Counted from the stretch's first letter, positions 18,081-28,076 are shown. The stretch is 64,000 nucleotides of DNA from IMGVR_UViG_3300046665_000548:496001-560000, one strand, 5' to 3'. A program made the numbers and translations. Notes: generated from the letters alone by a model not told the origin.

Positions 18081-18629
18081 TTACAGTACAGTAATCGTAA
18101 TAAGCGCTTCGGCGGCTGTCAAGTTTGCCGAAGCAGGACCGGTGGTCAAGCTTTCGACACGGATACCATAGCGCGCAGCCTGGGTCGTGTTACCAGGGGT
18201 GGTCGCAAGAGTTGGGTCCAAAATATCACGATTGCTGGTGCGGCTTTCAATCAGGCCACGGGCAACACAGCGCTTCAGAGCGGCAATGCCAACCAATGTC
18301 GTACCTGCGTTATTCTCGTCCGGGGTCTGAAGGACGCTATCACCGCGCTCTACTTCGGCATGGAAGACAAAAGGATCGGCTTCGGCGGTAGCGGATGCGC
18401 CGGTTGCGACCATCTGCGACGGATAGATATTGGCCATCCGAAGAATTTGCTCAACAATGAACTGCCAACGAACGTTGCCACGCTCCTTTGCCTGACAGTG
18501 CGCGTACGTGGTCGGATTTGAACCCGCAGCCATATACTGCTCAATTTTCTTGTTATCAACAAAGCCATTGGCAGGTGCAGCACCAGTGGAGTTGGCAATA
18601 CTGATAGTATAGTAGGTGCTGATAGCCAT
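18081..18629 (-). CDS. Probable virion structural protein
   Basis: 182 aa, Ala/Thr-rich; preceded by TATAAATA late-type motif (18664-18671). Confidence 0.6.
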   Translation of the reverse strand: MAISTYYTISIANSTGAAPANGFVDNKKIEQYMAAGSNPTTYAHCQAKERGNVRWQFIVEQILRMANIYPSQMVATGASATAEADPFVFHAEVERGDSVLQTPDENNAGTTLVGIAALKRCVARGLIESRTSNRDILDPTLATTPGNTTQAARYGIRVESLTTGPASANLTAAEALITITVL

Positions 18630-18715
18630 CGGCTTTCTCCCGTTATAGTCCGTGTATTACTGGTATTTATACATGACGGACTCCTTCCATAAATATTAAA
18701 AAGAAGGAGAACACC

Positions 18716-19132
18716 ATGCGACCACTTGGTCCAAGTTTTTTTGGCTCATCGGGGATTGGTATTCAGTTCAACACAGGTTCATCTGTTGTTGTCGGCTCTA
18801 TTGTGCGTCAGATCGGCATGGCCCGATATATCGCTACTGATGGGGCGAACAAATACACAGTCACGCTTGCGAGTACGCCTCAAGAAGCTGGCGATCTACC
18901 TCCTCTACGTGCCACGCTGACGGCCAAAACCCCTGGCGGCGGGACAGAGAACGTGTTGCGACTAACGGCTGATCGGTGCAGAACCGTTCAGGGCAGTTCT
19001 TTTCGATGGTCGATAGGGACAAACAATGCAACTGGTACTGTTGGCGGGCTCTCCACGGTCACTCAGTTGACAAACAGTAGTAACTCAAGCAGTAATTTAT
19101 ACGACTTCACTACGTTTTTGTTGTTGCTTTGA
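18716..19132 (+). CDS. Hypothetical (probable structural) protein
   Basis: 138 aa, AGAAGGAG SD, upstream TAAATA. Confidence 0.7.
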   Translation: MRPLGPSFFGSSGIGIQFNTGSSVVVGSIVRQIGMARYIATDGANKYTVTLASTPQEAGDLPPLRATLTAKTPGGGTENVLRLTADRCRTVQGSSFRWSIGTNNATGTVGGLSTVTQLTNSSNSSSNLYDFTTFLLLL

Positions 19133-19191
19133 TAAGCAATTGACTCTGCTTATTACGGCCTGTTAAATCCATGATGTATTTCAAAGACTAA

Positions 19192-21069
19192 ATGGATTTC
19201 ATGACAGAGACAAAAGACTGGAAGAAACTTAACGACTTCCAACACGCCCGACTCCGCAATGAGATGTATTTCGGCTCGCGCGATCCGCACACACAAACAG
19301 TTCTGGAATATCTAGACGGGAAGCCACACCCAGTAGCTTCCGAATGGGTCCCGGCCGTGTTCACTGCCGTTCGCGAAGTTCTGGACAACGCGTTGGACGA
19401 AATGGTCACGCACGGACACGGCGATACTCTACATTTCACCTATGATCCCAAGACGATGGTCTGTTCGGTCACCGACAACGGACGTGGTATTCCCATCAAC
19501 TTCGACAAAGAAGAGAACCAGTACGCGGCGACTGTTCTTCTGTCAGAAACCAAAGCTGGTCGAAATTTTGAAGATCGGGGAAATTCCCGAGGCATGAACG
19601 GTATCGGCGCATCAGTCGTAAACTTTTGCTCTGAATATTTTACACTGGAGATTTGCCGGGACAAGAAAGTCTTCCAACAGCGGTTTACTGAAGGTGACGG
19701 CAACTCACTGCTTATCGAAGAGCCCTTCATCACGCCAGCTAAGCGTGGTCAGGCGACAGGAACGCGCGTTGAGTTCAAGCTCTCGCAAAAGGTGTTCCCA
19801 AAGCTGAGGTTACCGGAATCCTTTGTTCGTGCTCGTATTTTCGAAGTCGCTTTGTGCTATCCAAACCTCAAAGTGACATACAATGGCCAAAAGGTTACGA
19901 CCAAGGGCACGGTCGAAAAGACGCTGTTCCCCGATACGAAGCCAATTAATTTTACTGTTCGCGAAAAGGGCTTCATTAGTCAGTTCTGGTTGGTACCGAA
20001 TTTTTCGGTTGACGGGTCTGAGCTATCCCATTCTCTTGTCAACGCGATCCCCGCGTTTAACGGCGGAACGCATATCGACGCGTTCAAGCGTCACTTCTTT
20101 TCTGGTCTAATCGCGGCTCTCGAACGAGAGAGCAAGCGCCGCAAGCTTACGCCGAACCGTTCCGATATGGCTGACGGCCTCATGGTGTTCAACATCACAG
20201 AGATGGAAGAACCGTCTTTCGATAGCCAGAACAAGACCCGCCTGATCAACGAGGAATCCTCGAATATGGTCAAACGGGCGCTTGATGATCCTGATTTTTT
20301 CAAGAAGGTCATTCGGAACTATCCAGAGTGGATCGACGCGATATATCAACGCTGTGCCGACCGCACTCAGAAAAAGGATGATGCCGAACTTGCCAAGCTG
20401 GCTAAGAAGAAGCGCATCAAGGTCGAGAACCTGAACGACGCATGCGGGTTCGACCGATCTAAGTGCATCCTCTTCCTGGGAGAGGGCGACAGCGCTGTTT
20501 CCGGAATGGTGGAAGCAAGAGACCCGGAAATTCATGGTGGTCTACCGCTACGCGGTAAGGTGCTCAACGTTTATGACGAGAGCCCTAAGGACATCATCAA
20601 GAATGAAGCCCTCGCCAAGGTCATGAACGCCATCGGTTTAGTTCCTGGTGGGCGCGTGAACCGTAGCATGTTGCGTTATGGCAAAGTGTTCATCACCACT
20701 GACGCAGACGAAGATGGAAAGAACATCGCCGCTCTATTGGTGAACTTCTTCTTCAAGCTCTGGCCCGATCTGTTCCAGGACGAAACCAAACCTTTCTTGT
20801 ACGTGTTCGACACCCCTTTGATTATTGCCGTGAAGGGAAAAACTAGGAAATACTGGTACGCGGACAATTACGATGAGTTCGATCCCGATAAATTCAAGGG
20901 ATGGGACATAACTCGCGCAAAGGGTTTGGCAGCTTTGAAGAGACCAGATTGGGAATTCGCCTTGGAGAATCCGAAGCTGAGACCCATGACGGGCGATCTC
21001 AAAGAATGTCTGGACTTGCTGTTCAACAAGAAGAGGGCCGACGACCGGAAGACATGGATCGGTATGTAG
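19192..21069 (+). CDS. Type IIA DNA topoisomerase, ATPase/TOPRIM subunit (GyrB or T4 gp39+60-like)
   Basis: EVLDNALDE, DNGRGIP, GMNGIGAS (GHKL), EGDSA, PLRGK, DADEDG, KGLAAL. Confidence 0.95.
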   Translation: MDFMTETKDWKKLNDFQHARLRNEMYFGSRDPHTQTVLEYLDGKPHPVASEWVPAVFTAVREVLDNALDEMVTHGHGDTLHFTYDPKTMVCSVTDNGRGIPINFDKEENQYAATVLLSETKAGRNFEDRGNSRGMNGIGASVVNFCSEYFTLEICRDKKVFQQRFTEGDGNSLLIEEPFITPAKRGQATGTRVEFKLSQKVFPKLRLPESFVRARIFEVALCYPNLKVTYNGQKVTTKGTVEKTLFPDTKPINFTVREKGFISQFWLVPNFSVDGSELSHSLVNAIPAFNGGTHIDAFKRHFFSGLIAALERESKRRKLTPNRSDMADGLMVFNITEMEEPSFDSQNKTRLINEESSNMVKRALDDPDFFKKVIRNYPEWIDAIYQRCADRTQKKDDAELAKLAKKKRIKVENLNDACGFDRSKCILFLGEGDSAVSGMVEARDPEIHGGLPLRGKVLNVYDESPKDIIKNEALAKVMNAIGLVPGGRVNRSMLRYGKVFITTDADEDGKNIAALLVNFFFKLWPDLFQDETKPFLYVFDTPLIIAVKGKTRKYWYADNYDEFDPDKFKGWDITRAKGLAALKRPDWEFALENPKLRPMTGDLKECLDLLFNKKRADDRKTWIGM

Positions 21070-21398
21070 AGCAACTGCATAGGATTCTTGAACACCACAC
21101 GAGACCTGGAGTACCTTCGGTATTCTCGTTTGGAACGTTCTGCTACGTGGCAATGGTTGGACGACCATCTCTCTATTCTATTCAAGACGTTGCAAACATA
21201 TATCGGGATTTCATGACTACGAAATGCCCTTATATGGTATGTCTGAAATTCTCGATAAACCACGATAAGATGCGTTTGCATATCCTATCGACTGCCCGCG
21301 ATGTGATTGGCTGGATAGAGGAACCTACTAGCTTTCACACGCTTTATTTCTTCAAAAACCACGTCGATGCCTGTGTTTTTAAGCTTACTTTTGGATGA
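21054..21398 (+). CDS. Hypothetical protein, FKL family, between topoisomerase subunits
   Basis: Ends YFFKNHVDACVFKLTFG; start placed at ATG 21054 to avoid a long overlap. Confidence 0.6.
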   Translation: MDRYVEQLHRILEHHTRPGVPSVFSFGTFCYVAMVGRPSLYSIQDVANIYRDFMTTKCPYMVCLKFSINHDKMRLHILSTARDVIGWIEEPTSFHTLYFFKNHVDACVFKLTFG

Positions 21399-22753
21399 CC
21401 ATGAATTCTAGCGATTATCTCCTTCAATCATCTCGCGAATACGCGATCTACGTTCTAAGCCACCGAGCCATTCCAAATGTGCAGGACGGCCTGAAGCACG
21501 GCCAGCGAATTGCCCTTTGGTTGCTGCGCAGTAGAGCCGAGAAGCTGAAGACATTCGCACTCTCTGGTCTTATGGGATACGAACGCCTGTACGTGCACGG
21601 CGAGGTCTCGGCCAACGACGCCATCGGCAAACTAGCGGCACCTTACAACAACAATGTCCCTCTCATTGAAGGACTTGGCCAGTTCGGAAACCGTGTTGCT
21701 CCAATCGATGGCATCGGTGCGCCGCGTTATACCGAGGTGAGGCGCGCAAAGGCGGCCGAGGCGATCTTGTATCGCGATCTCGATCTTGTACCGCTGAAGG
21801 ACAACTATGACGGTTCGAACAAAGAACCGGTCCACTTTCTCCCGCTGCTCCCGATTGTGCTTCTCAACGGCATCGCGGGCATCGCTGTGGGCTGGTCCAC
21901 CAGCATCCTACCTCGTTCGCTCAAGGGACTGATCGAAGCCACCCAGGACGCTCTTAATGACGAGAAGACCCTTCGTGGCATGGAACCCTTCTACGAGCGG
22001 TTCACGGTCAAGGTAAAGAACACTGGACCTAATCAGTGGGAGTTTAGCGGTAGAGCCGAAATCGAGGACACAAGCACGGTCAAAATCACCGAGCTTCCTC
22101 CAGGCGTGAAAGTCGAGAACTTCCGTAAGAAACTGATTGAGATGGAAGATAATGATCAGATCATCAGCTACACCGACCGGTCGAAAGACAAAATCGACAT
22201 CACGATCAAATTCAAACGCGGCACCCTCAAGGGATGGCGGGAACAAGAAGTATTGGACTTCTTCGGTCTGAAGGACAAGGTTACGGAGCGCATCGTCGTC
22301 ATCGACTGGAACGGCGCTGCTGTTCGGCCGTACGAAAATCCGGAACAGGTTGTTCGCGACTTTGCCGTCTGGCGGCTCGGCTGGTACACAGAACGCTATA
22401 AGAAAATGGTAGCCGATACCAGCTACGACCTCACTTATTGGCAGGCGCTGAAGGCTCTGTTTGATGCTGGCTTCACCAAGAAGCTCGGGACATTTCCCAA
22501 TCGTAGCGCTCTTGAAGAAGAGGTCACTGCGATCACTACCAAGGCCAAAATCGCCCTGGATGATGCACAATTGGATCGCGTTGTTAGTGTTCCAACGTAT
22601 CGCTGGACTAAAGATTTCGAGAAAGAGGTGATTGCGAAAATCACAACCCTTGAGGCGTCGATTACCGACTACCAGTCAACCTTGAAGTCACCAGCCAAAC
22701 TGAAGGCCGTCTACATGGGCGAACTGGAAGAATTGAAGAAGCTCCGCTACTGA
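21395..22753 (+). CDS. Type IIA DNA topoisomerase, breakage-reunion subunit (GyrA/gp52-like)
   Basis: RAIPNVQDGLKHGQR, YVHGEVS, GAPRYTEV (catalytic Tyr), ITELPPG. Confidence 0.95.
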   Translation: MTMNSSDYLLQSSREYAIYVLSHRAIPNVQDGLKHGQRIALWLLRSRAEKLKTFALSGLMGYERLYVHGEVSANDAIGKLAAPYNNNVPLIEGLGQFGNRVAPIDGIGAPRYTEVRRAKAAEAILYRDLDLVPLKDNYDGSNKEPVHFLPLLPIVLLNGIAGIAVGWSTSILPRSLKGLIEATQDALNDEKTLRGMEPFYERFTVKVKNTGPNQWEFSGRAEIEDTSTVKITELPPGVKVENFRKKLIEMEDNDQIISYTDRSKDKIDITIKFKRGTLKGWREQEVLDFFGLKDKVTERIVVIDWNGAAVRPYENPEQVVRDFAVWRLGWYTERYKKMVADTSYDLTYWQALKALFDAGFTKKLGTFPNRSALEEEVTAITTKAKIALDDAQLDRVVSVPTYRWTKDFEKEVIAKITTLEASITDYQSTLKSPAKLKAVYMGELEELKKLRY

Positions 22754-24321
22754 TGCCTGAAGCAAAATTCGATGTCGTATTTTTTGGGGGAACGCATTTC
22801 TCCGAGGGTCCTGGGCGATCAACGGGTATTCATCGTCTCGCTACCGAGTTACGACAAGTCGGATTTTCCGTAGCTAGTATCGATTATTTTACTTTTCTCG
22901 TAGATACAGTATCGCGGGAAACTAGGCATCAAGTCCTACGAAATTTCATTTCAGAGGATACACTGTTGGTCTGTATATCCACTACCCTTCTCAGCCGAGT
23001 GGACAATAACGACAACATCATCTGGTGGGGATGTTCGGCCGATAAAGTAAGACGCTTCATAGCTGAGATCAAAAGTATCGCGCCTCAGGCCAAAATTATC
23101 ACTGGTGGATCGCAAGTCATCACAACAGAAATGCCCTTCATCGCGCATTTCTATCCCGATATGGCGGACTATTGGGTGTGCGGTCAGGGCGAAGCATCGA
23201 TCATCGCGCTCGCAAACCACATCAAGTATGGCGACAATATCGTTACCCACCTGATGGAAGGTCTGACCGTTCTGCTTGAGAAGGACTATCCCTATGATGG
23301 ATTCTCTGGTTCTCGCATCGAATGGCCAGAACATGCCTTCGTAAAGCATGGCGAAACACTCCCCATGGAGGTAGCTCGCGGCTGCGTTTTCAAATGCGCA
23401 TTTTGCACATACGCACTGATCGGGAAAAAATGGGGAGATATGGCGCGAAACGCCGACGTGATGCGTGCAGATATGATCCGCAACTATGAGCGGTACGGCA
23501 CCACTCGCTACATTATGACCGACGATACGATCAATGATAGCATCGAGAAGGTCAAATTTCTACATGAAGTCTTCACCTCCTTGCCGTTCAAAATCGAATG
23601 GATGTCGTACGCTCGTCTGGATTTGTTTTGGAAATACCCAGAGATGGCCCAGCTATTGATGGACGCCGGGATGCGGGGCGCGGTGTTCGGTATCGAAACT
23701 CTACATGATGAAGCAGGAAAGAAAGTCGGCAAGGGTCTAGGGTCTGAGCGCGTCAAGAAAACGCTCGAACATGTGAAATCAGTATGGGGATCGACTGTCC
23801 ACATCTCTGGTCTCTTCATCCTGGGTTTGCCGGGAGAACCAGTCGAATCAATGCAACAGACCTTGGACTATCTGAACCGTCCAGATTGTCCGATTGATGC
23901 CCCGAACACGACGGCGCTGCAAATCAGCAGCGAGCGAGCCGTCAGCAAGATGGAAAAAGATCAGGAAAAATACGGTCTCACCCGAATAGATGAACGCAAA
24001 TGGACGCGTTTCGAAGACTGGGTAACCGATCTAACCGATGCCATTTCGATGCGACGAATGTCCAGCAAATTCTTGAACGAACGCAAAGCTGGACGAACTC
24101 TTTACCGAACCAGAACCTCTTTCTTGCTATTCACTCACTACTCGATAGCTCATCCAGACTTTGTAAACAACTTTCCGGGAGAGTCTGCTGCGGCGAAAAT
24201 CGATGCATTACAGCACGACGCATTAATAGATTATTTCGAGCGTGCATCGGCGTGGCGGCCTACAACGGATTTTCTACCCTCCGATGTCAGAAAATCTCCA
24301 GTGATCAAAGGATTGCAATGA
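22753..24321 (+). CDS. B12-binding-type radical SAM protein
   Basis: ARGCVFKCAFC (CxxxCxxC), DDTIND, FGIET, ILGLPGE; N-terminal cobalamin-binding-like domain. Confidence 0.88.
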   Translation: MPEAKFDVVFFGGTHFSEGPGRSTGIHRLATELRQVGFSVASIDYFTFLVDTVSRETRHQVLRNFISEDTLLVCISTTLLSRVDNNDNIIWWGCSADKVRRFIAEIKSIAPQAKIITGGSQVITTEMPFIAHFYPDMADYWVCGQGEASIIALANHIKYGDNIVTHLMEGLTVLLEKDYPYDGFSGSRIEWPEHAFVKHGETLPMEVARGCVFKCAFCTYALIGKKWGDMARNADVMRADMIRNYERYGTTRYIMTDDTINDSIEKVKFLHEVFTSLPFKIEWMSYARLDLFWKYPEMAQLLMDAGMRGAVFGIETLHDEAGKKVGKGLGSERVKKTLEHVKSVWGSTVHISGLFILGLPGEPVESMQQTLDYLNRPDCPIDAPNTTALQISSERAVSKMEKDQEKYGLTRIDERKWTRFEDWVTDLTDAISMRRMSSKFLNERKAGRTLYRTRTSFLLFTHYSIAHPDFVNNFPGESAAAKIDALQHDALIDYFERASAWRPTTDFLPSDVRKSPVIKGLQ

Positions 24322-25034
24322 TTGATTCGGCAAAACTCATCGGCGCGACCATAGACTTGGATTTCGACTTCCCAAGGATTTCTGAAGAAATCCTCGCCTG
24401 TCGGGACCTGTGGAAATACGCAAGGCCCAATAACGTTCAGATCGAAGATGGTATTGCGGGCCGAACTCCTTTTATGTCCGAGTCAAGGTCGAACTACGAA
24501 CGCCTAGAGTATTACGATACAAAGATGGCCGAGACAAAGAGTGGAGAATTTTCCGCAACTCGGCGCATGTATCTACGAACCTACGACGGTTTCGAGAACC
24601 CCTCTTTTCTCGTCACAAAAACAGTCCACGAAAACCTATGGAGATGGAGCGATGAGATCGCCACTCTCTGTCCTTATACAATCGAATGCATCGAAAGCCT
24701 TCCCATAGGAAAGCTAGGGGCTGTATGCTGTCTCATCATGGAGGATACATTTCTTCCAACGCATCGAGACTTCAATACCGAACAGAAAGACTATCACCAG
24801 TCGAGGAGCCTGGGCCTGAGTTTGATTCCGGAAACTGGAGGAGTTGGAACACAGATTTGGCATCCAGTCGAAAAGAAGCGTTACGAAATCAAAGGTAACT
24901 GTACAGTTTTCAACGACGCCATGTACCATGGGACAAGCCTCGTTCCGAGAAGGATCATCCTTCGTATCTTCGGGGAAATTGACTGGCAGAAGATTCTGTC
25001 AAAGGCAGTCCCAGAATCAGTTATCACTCTCTGA
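24318..25034 (+). CDS. 2OG-Fe(II) oxygenase, Asp/Asn beta-hydroxylase-like
   Basis: FLPTHRD (HxD), FNDAMYHGT, RIILRIFG; true start is ATG 24318. Confidence 0.65.
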   Translation: MIDSAKLIGATIDLDFDFPRISEEILACRDLWKYARPNNVQIEDGIAGRTPFMSESRSNYERLEYYDTKMAETKSGEFSATRRMYLRTYDGFENPSFLVTKTVHENLWRWSDEIATLCPYTIECIESLPIGKLGAVCCLIMEDTFLPTHRDFNTEQKDYHQSRSLGLSLIPETGGVGTQIWHPVEKKRYEIKGNCTVFNDAMYHGTSLVPRRIILRIFGEIDWQKILSKAVPESVITL

Positions 25035-25721
25035 TCAGAGATACACGGCGGTGCCCTGATCGATATAGGGGCGCAACGCATCCAGGTCTAGCTCACCAAA
25101 AACTCGGACAATGATGCGCATGGGAGCGAAACCCACGCCGTGATACATCGCATCATCGAAGATCGTGCTATTGCCCTTTATCTCGTGAATTTTTTTCTCG
25201 GTAGGGTGCCAAATCTGTGTTCCAACGCCACCCGTCACCGGCACAAGAGCCAAACCAAGGCTCTTGGAACGATCTAAGCTATCTGGTTCTATATCTCGAT
25301 GAACTGGCAAGAACGTATTCTCGAAGATGATCGAAGCCACTGTGCCGATTCGTTTGAACGGCAGCCTTTCGACAACCTCTATCGTGTAGGGACATCGTTC
25401 TTTCGCCATTGCGGACCATTTCCACCGAGAGTGGTCTACTGATTTGGTTACGAGAAAGGACTGCGCTGAGAGACCGTCATAATCTTTGAGGTAAACTCTT
25501 CTCGCGGCTGTCGCCTCTCCCTGCGCTATCTTTTGCTCATACTGTTCCCGACTAGCAGACATGAACGGCGTTACGCCATCCAAACCTTCCTGCGCCAGAC
25601 TACCCTTGGCCCTTGGCCGCGCTGCAATCCAGAATTCACGGCAAGCAAGAATTTCGTCTCTCATCTTGTCATGATCGAATTCGATATTGAGACTTGCGCC
25701 GATAAGGCCATCAGTAAACAT
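25035..25721 (-). CDS. 2OG-Fe(II) oxygenase, paralog of 24318-25034
   Basis: FLPVHRD, FDDAMYHGV; GGVGTQIWHP shared with the convergent neighbour. Confidence 0.65.
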   Translation of the reverse strand: MFTDGLIGASLNIEFDHDKMRDEILACREFWIAARPRAKGSLAQEGLDGVTPFMSASREQYEQKIAQGEATAARRVYLKDYDGLSAQSFLVTKSVDHSRWKWSAMAKERCPYTIEVVERLPFKRIGTVASIIFENTFLPVHRDIEPDSLDRSKSLGLALVPVTGGVGTQIWHPTEKKIHEIKGNSTIFDDAMYHGVGFAPMRIIVRVFGELDLDALRPYIDQGTAVYL

Positions 25722-25777
25722 CCATTATTTATGAGCATAAATGGATAACTATTAGACTGATCTTAGGAGAGATTGAG

Positions 25778-26068
25778 ATGATTAACCTGATAATCGATTT
25801 GCTGATGGACGGCAGTTTGAAGGCGGAATACTTTGATCCCAGCATTGCGAATGAACCACTCGCTCTAGGCGTCGTTCAGCTTACAGACGAAGATGATGCA
25901 TCATTCGATATCATTTGGAGCCTTCACGGCGGCAATTACGTCGCGTTCGATACGAACCCGATTATGCTTGCCGTGCTGGACAAACTGGATGGAACGCTGG
26001 AATCAGGTCGTTTGTTGTTGAGCCAGGAAGCAGTCGCGACGCTGACCGGTCTGGCCGACGCGCTTTAA
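25778..26068 (+). CDS. Hypothetical acidic protein
   Basis: 96 aa with AGGAG SD. Confidence 0.7.
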   Translation: MINLIIDLLMDGSLKAEYFDPSIANEPLALGVVQLTDEDDASFDIIWSLHGGNYVAFDTNPIMLAVLDKLDGTLESGRLLLSQEAVATLTGLADAL

Positions 26069-26075
26069 ATACGTC

Positions 26076-26621
26076 ATGGATATTCGCGAGATAAAAGCTA
26101 TCGTTGATAGTCGTGTAGCCGCGTCTGCCCCGCTGTATCGCTGGGTGGACGATAAGGGCGCTCTCGCCTATATCCGTCGCGACGCCATGGTTGGTCGCAC
26201 CAAACACTACATTCCAAAAGCCATGATCCCTAACGTCAATAAGTACGGTCGCGCAACATGGTTCACCGGTCTGAGCTTCAGCCGAGATGACGCCAGATGG
26301 AATATCGCAGGTAGTTGCTGTTTCGTCGTAAGCGGCATCCCGAATGATTGTTTCAACATAAACGGACAGGCCGTCTACAACTACGGGCAGGCCGTAGCAT
26401 CGCGGTCTTGCGGACCAGACGAACTACAACAGTACGAACAAAACGCGGTCGAGGACAGTCAGAACGAGCCGGACGAGACATTCGTTGTAGGAAACATCCA
26501 GATGCTGTCGAAATATCTAGCTGAGATCAGAATCAAAAATAGCATTCCTCCTAAAGTTCTTGCTGCGGTCAGATCGTATAGCGAGCAAAACAACATTCAG
26601 CTTACGGTGGTCGGGCAATGA
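26076..26621 (+). CDS. Putative ADP-ribosyltransferase-fold protein
   Basis: PLYRWV (R), GLSFSRD (SxS), NEPDETFV (E); R-S-E order. Confidence 0.5.
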   Translation: MDIREIKAIVDSRVAASAPLYRWVDDKGALAYIRRDAMVGRTKHYIPKAMIPNVNKYGRATWFTGLSFSRDDARWNIAGSCCFVVSGIPNDCFNINGQAVYNYGQAVASRSCGPDELQQYEQNAVEDSQNEPDETFVVGNIQMLSKYLAEIRIKNSIPPKVLAAVRSYSEQNNIQLTVVGQ

Positions 26622-27001
26622 ACATGCGCGATATCATGACGTTGATCGAAGGTGATGGAAAATTTCCGAAACCATTCCATCCTTTCTATCTACCTCCTTC
26701 GGCCATCAAATTTTACGACGATCCATATTCCGGAGCCGGAGATGACGGCTACACGGTAGCCGACCTCAAGGCAGAGGTTGAAGAAGATGGTGAAATTCTA
26801 TACTGCATTCAGGTTGGCAAGAGCCGTCTTGAAATGCCGAAGGGTGACCATTCGATTTTCGCGTTCAACGGCAATCATCGACTTGCCGTCGCAAAAGAAT
26901 TGAACCTGCCCGAAATCATCTGCGAAAACGCTTCAGGTATGGACGATGCTTATCCGCTGTCCATTGAAGAGATCGTTCAGTTAGGAGGAAGATTGCTGTG
27001 A
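26618..27001 (+). CDS. ParB/Srx-like domain protein
   Basis: FAFNGNHRLAVAKELN motif; N-terminus MNMRDIMTLIE. Confidence 0.6.
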   Translation: MNMRDIMTLIEGDGKFPKPFHPFYLPPSAIKFYDDPYSGAGDDGYTVADLKAEVEEDGEILYCIQVGKSRLEMPKGDHSIFAFNGNHRLAVAKELNLPEIICENASGMDDAYPLSIEEIVQLGGRLL

Positions 27002-27660
27002 AAATGCGCGATATGCTGAATCTCATTGAAGGCGTGGGTACTGAAGCTCAAAAGAACGTCGAGCTAAAGCGTCTCGAAGCTGAACGCCTTCGTCTTACTC
27101 ATCGCCTCACCAACAGCGGGCTTCAGTCAGATAAACAAACCATCATCACAAAGCTTGAAGCCATCGAAGCACAGATCGAAAAGCTGAGTGGAGGATCGAC
27201 ACCCCTGGAAGAAGGGTCGATGCCGCCGAACGTTGAAGCATTCATGAACGAATACTACGAAGCAACGGCCGATCATCCGTTCTCGCGGAACGCTCGCGTG
27301 TTCAATAACATCGCGACATTGGAGGTTAGCCCGTTCGGTCCCGGCGTTCACATCTCGGATGTTCTCGCCCTAGAGAAGCGCCAGGGCGCGGGAAAGGCCG
27401 CAATGCAGTTCCTATGCGGACTCGCGGATAAACACGGCGTCACGCTGGACCTGACCGCCAAGGCTTACATGGATAAGCACAGCAGCCCGGAGACGATGGA
27501 TACAAAGAACCTGAAGAAATGGTACGTCAGCTTCGGCTTCGTATCCCAGGGCGGCTACGAGGAAGATGGTTTCGACATGGAGCGAAAGCCTAAGAAGGCG
27601 TTGAAGCTCGGGGGAGCCGACAAGACGATCAAGCTGCGTGGATTCCGCAAGGATCACTAA
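26998..27660 (+). CDS. Coiled coil plus GNAT acetyltransferase domain
   Basis: HISDVLALEKRQGAGKAAMQFLCGLAD (acetyl-CoA motif A), LKKWYVSFGF. Confidence 0.7.
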   Translation: MKMRDMLNLIEGVGTEAQKNVELKRLEAERLRLTHRLTNSGLQSDKQTIITKLEAIEAQIEKLSGGSTPLEEGSMPPNVEAFMNEYYEATADHPFSRNARVFNNIATLEVSPFGPGVHISDVLALEKRQGAGKAAMQFLCGLADKHGVTLDLTAKAYMDKHSSPETMDTKNLKKWYVSFGFVSQGGYEEDGFDMERKPKKALKLGGADKTIKLRGFRKDH

Positions 27661-27683
27661 AACCAAAATATCCGAAAATAGTT

Positions 27684-27717
27684 GTTGACGCGCCAAATCT
27701 CGTCGGTTATATAAATA
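27684..27717 (+). promoter_or_regulatory. Overlapping sigma70-type and late-type promoters of the tRNA operon
   Basis: GTTGAC-N17-TTATAT plus a perfect T4-late-like TATAAATA at 27710-27717. Confidence 0.75.
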
Positions 27718-27722
27718 GGATC

Positions 27723-27794
27723 ATGAGCACGATGCACACCATCATGGCCTTTACGGCCTCTGACGAACGCGAGGAAGATATTTTCTCGCGGTAA
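27723..27794 (+). CDS. Putative Asp/Glu-sensing leader peptide MSTMHTIMAFTASDEREEDIFSR
   Basis: ATG 5 nt after TAAATA, the same leaderless geometry as other late genes here; GAC GAA CGC GAG GAA GAT run matches the downstream tRNA anticodons. Confidence 0.8.
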   Translation: MSTMHTIMAFTASDEREEDIFSR

Positions 27795-27897
27795 CCGTGC
27801 TCATACACGGTCACCGCAAACGCGGTGACCTGTTCAAGAGACATTCGTGTCTCTTTGGATAGCTCCCGCTCCGGATGTACGAGTGGGGGCTTTTTTT
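27762..27897 (+). promoter_or_regulatory. Putative ribosome-dependent transcription attenuator
   Basis: Competing stems 27788-99:27806-17, 27809-17:27822-30, 27822-43:27848-69, and terminator 27861-71:27881-90 plus U8. Confidence 0.8.
27861..27897 (+). terminator. Intrinsic terminator upstream of tRNA genes
   Basis: AGCTCCCGCTC/GAGTGGGGCT stem followed by a T8 tract. Confidence 0.85.
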
Positions 27898-27924
27898 ATG
27901 CCCTCATAAAATAAGACCCCCTTT

Positions 27925-28000
27925 GGGGATGTAGCTCAATGGTTAGAGCGTCCGCCTGTCGAGCGGAAGGTTGCGGGTTCGAGTCCCGTCATTCCCGCCA
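27925..28000 (+). tRNA. tRNA-Asp(GTC)
   Basis: Acceptor GGGGATG/CATTCCC, anticodon arm TCCGC-CTGTCGA-GCGGA, TTCGAGT loop, encoded CCA. Confidence 0.95.
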
Positions 28001-28001
28001 C

Positions 28002-28076
28002 GCTTCCATCGTCTAGTGGTTAGGACGTTGCCCTCTCAAGGCAAAAACGCGGGTTCGAATCCCGCTGGAAGCACCA
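28002..28076 (+). tRNA. tRNA-Glu(CTC)
   Basis: GCTTCCA/TGGAAGC, TTGCC-CTCTCAA-GGCAA, TTCGAAT loop, CCA. Confidence 0.95.

Noticed and set aside
24000-24317. ORF-track N-terminal extensions (24000, 20901, 28675, 39660, 47254, 51941)
   Set aside because: They overlap upstream genes or promoters; later starts fit SD or promoter geometry better.
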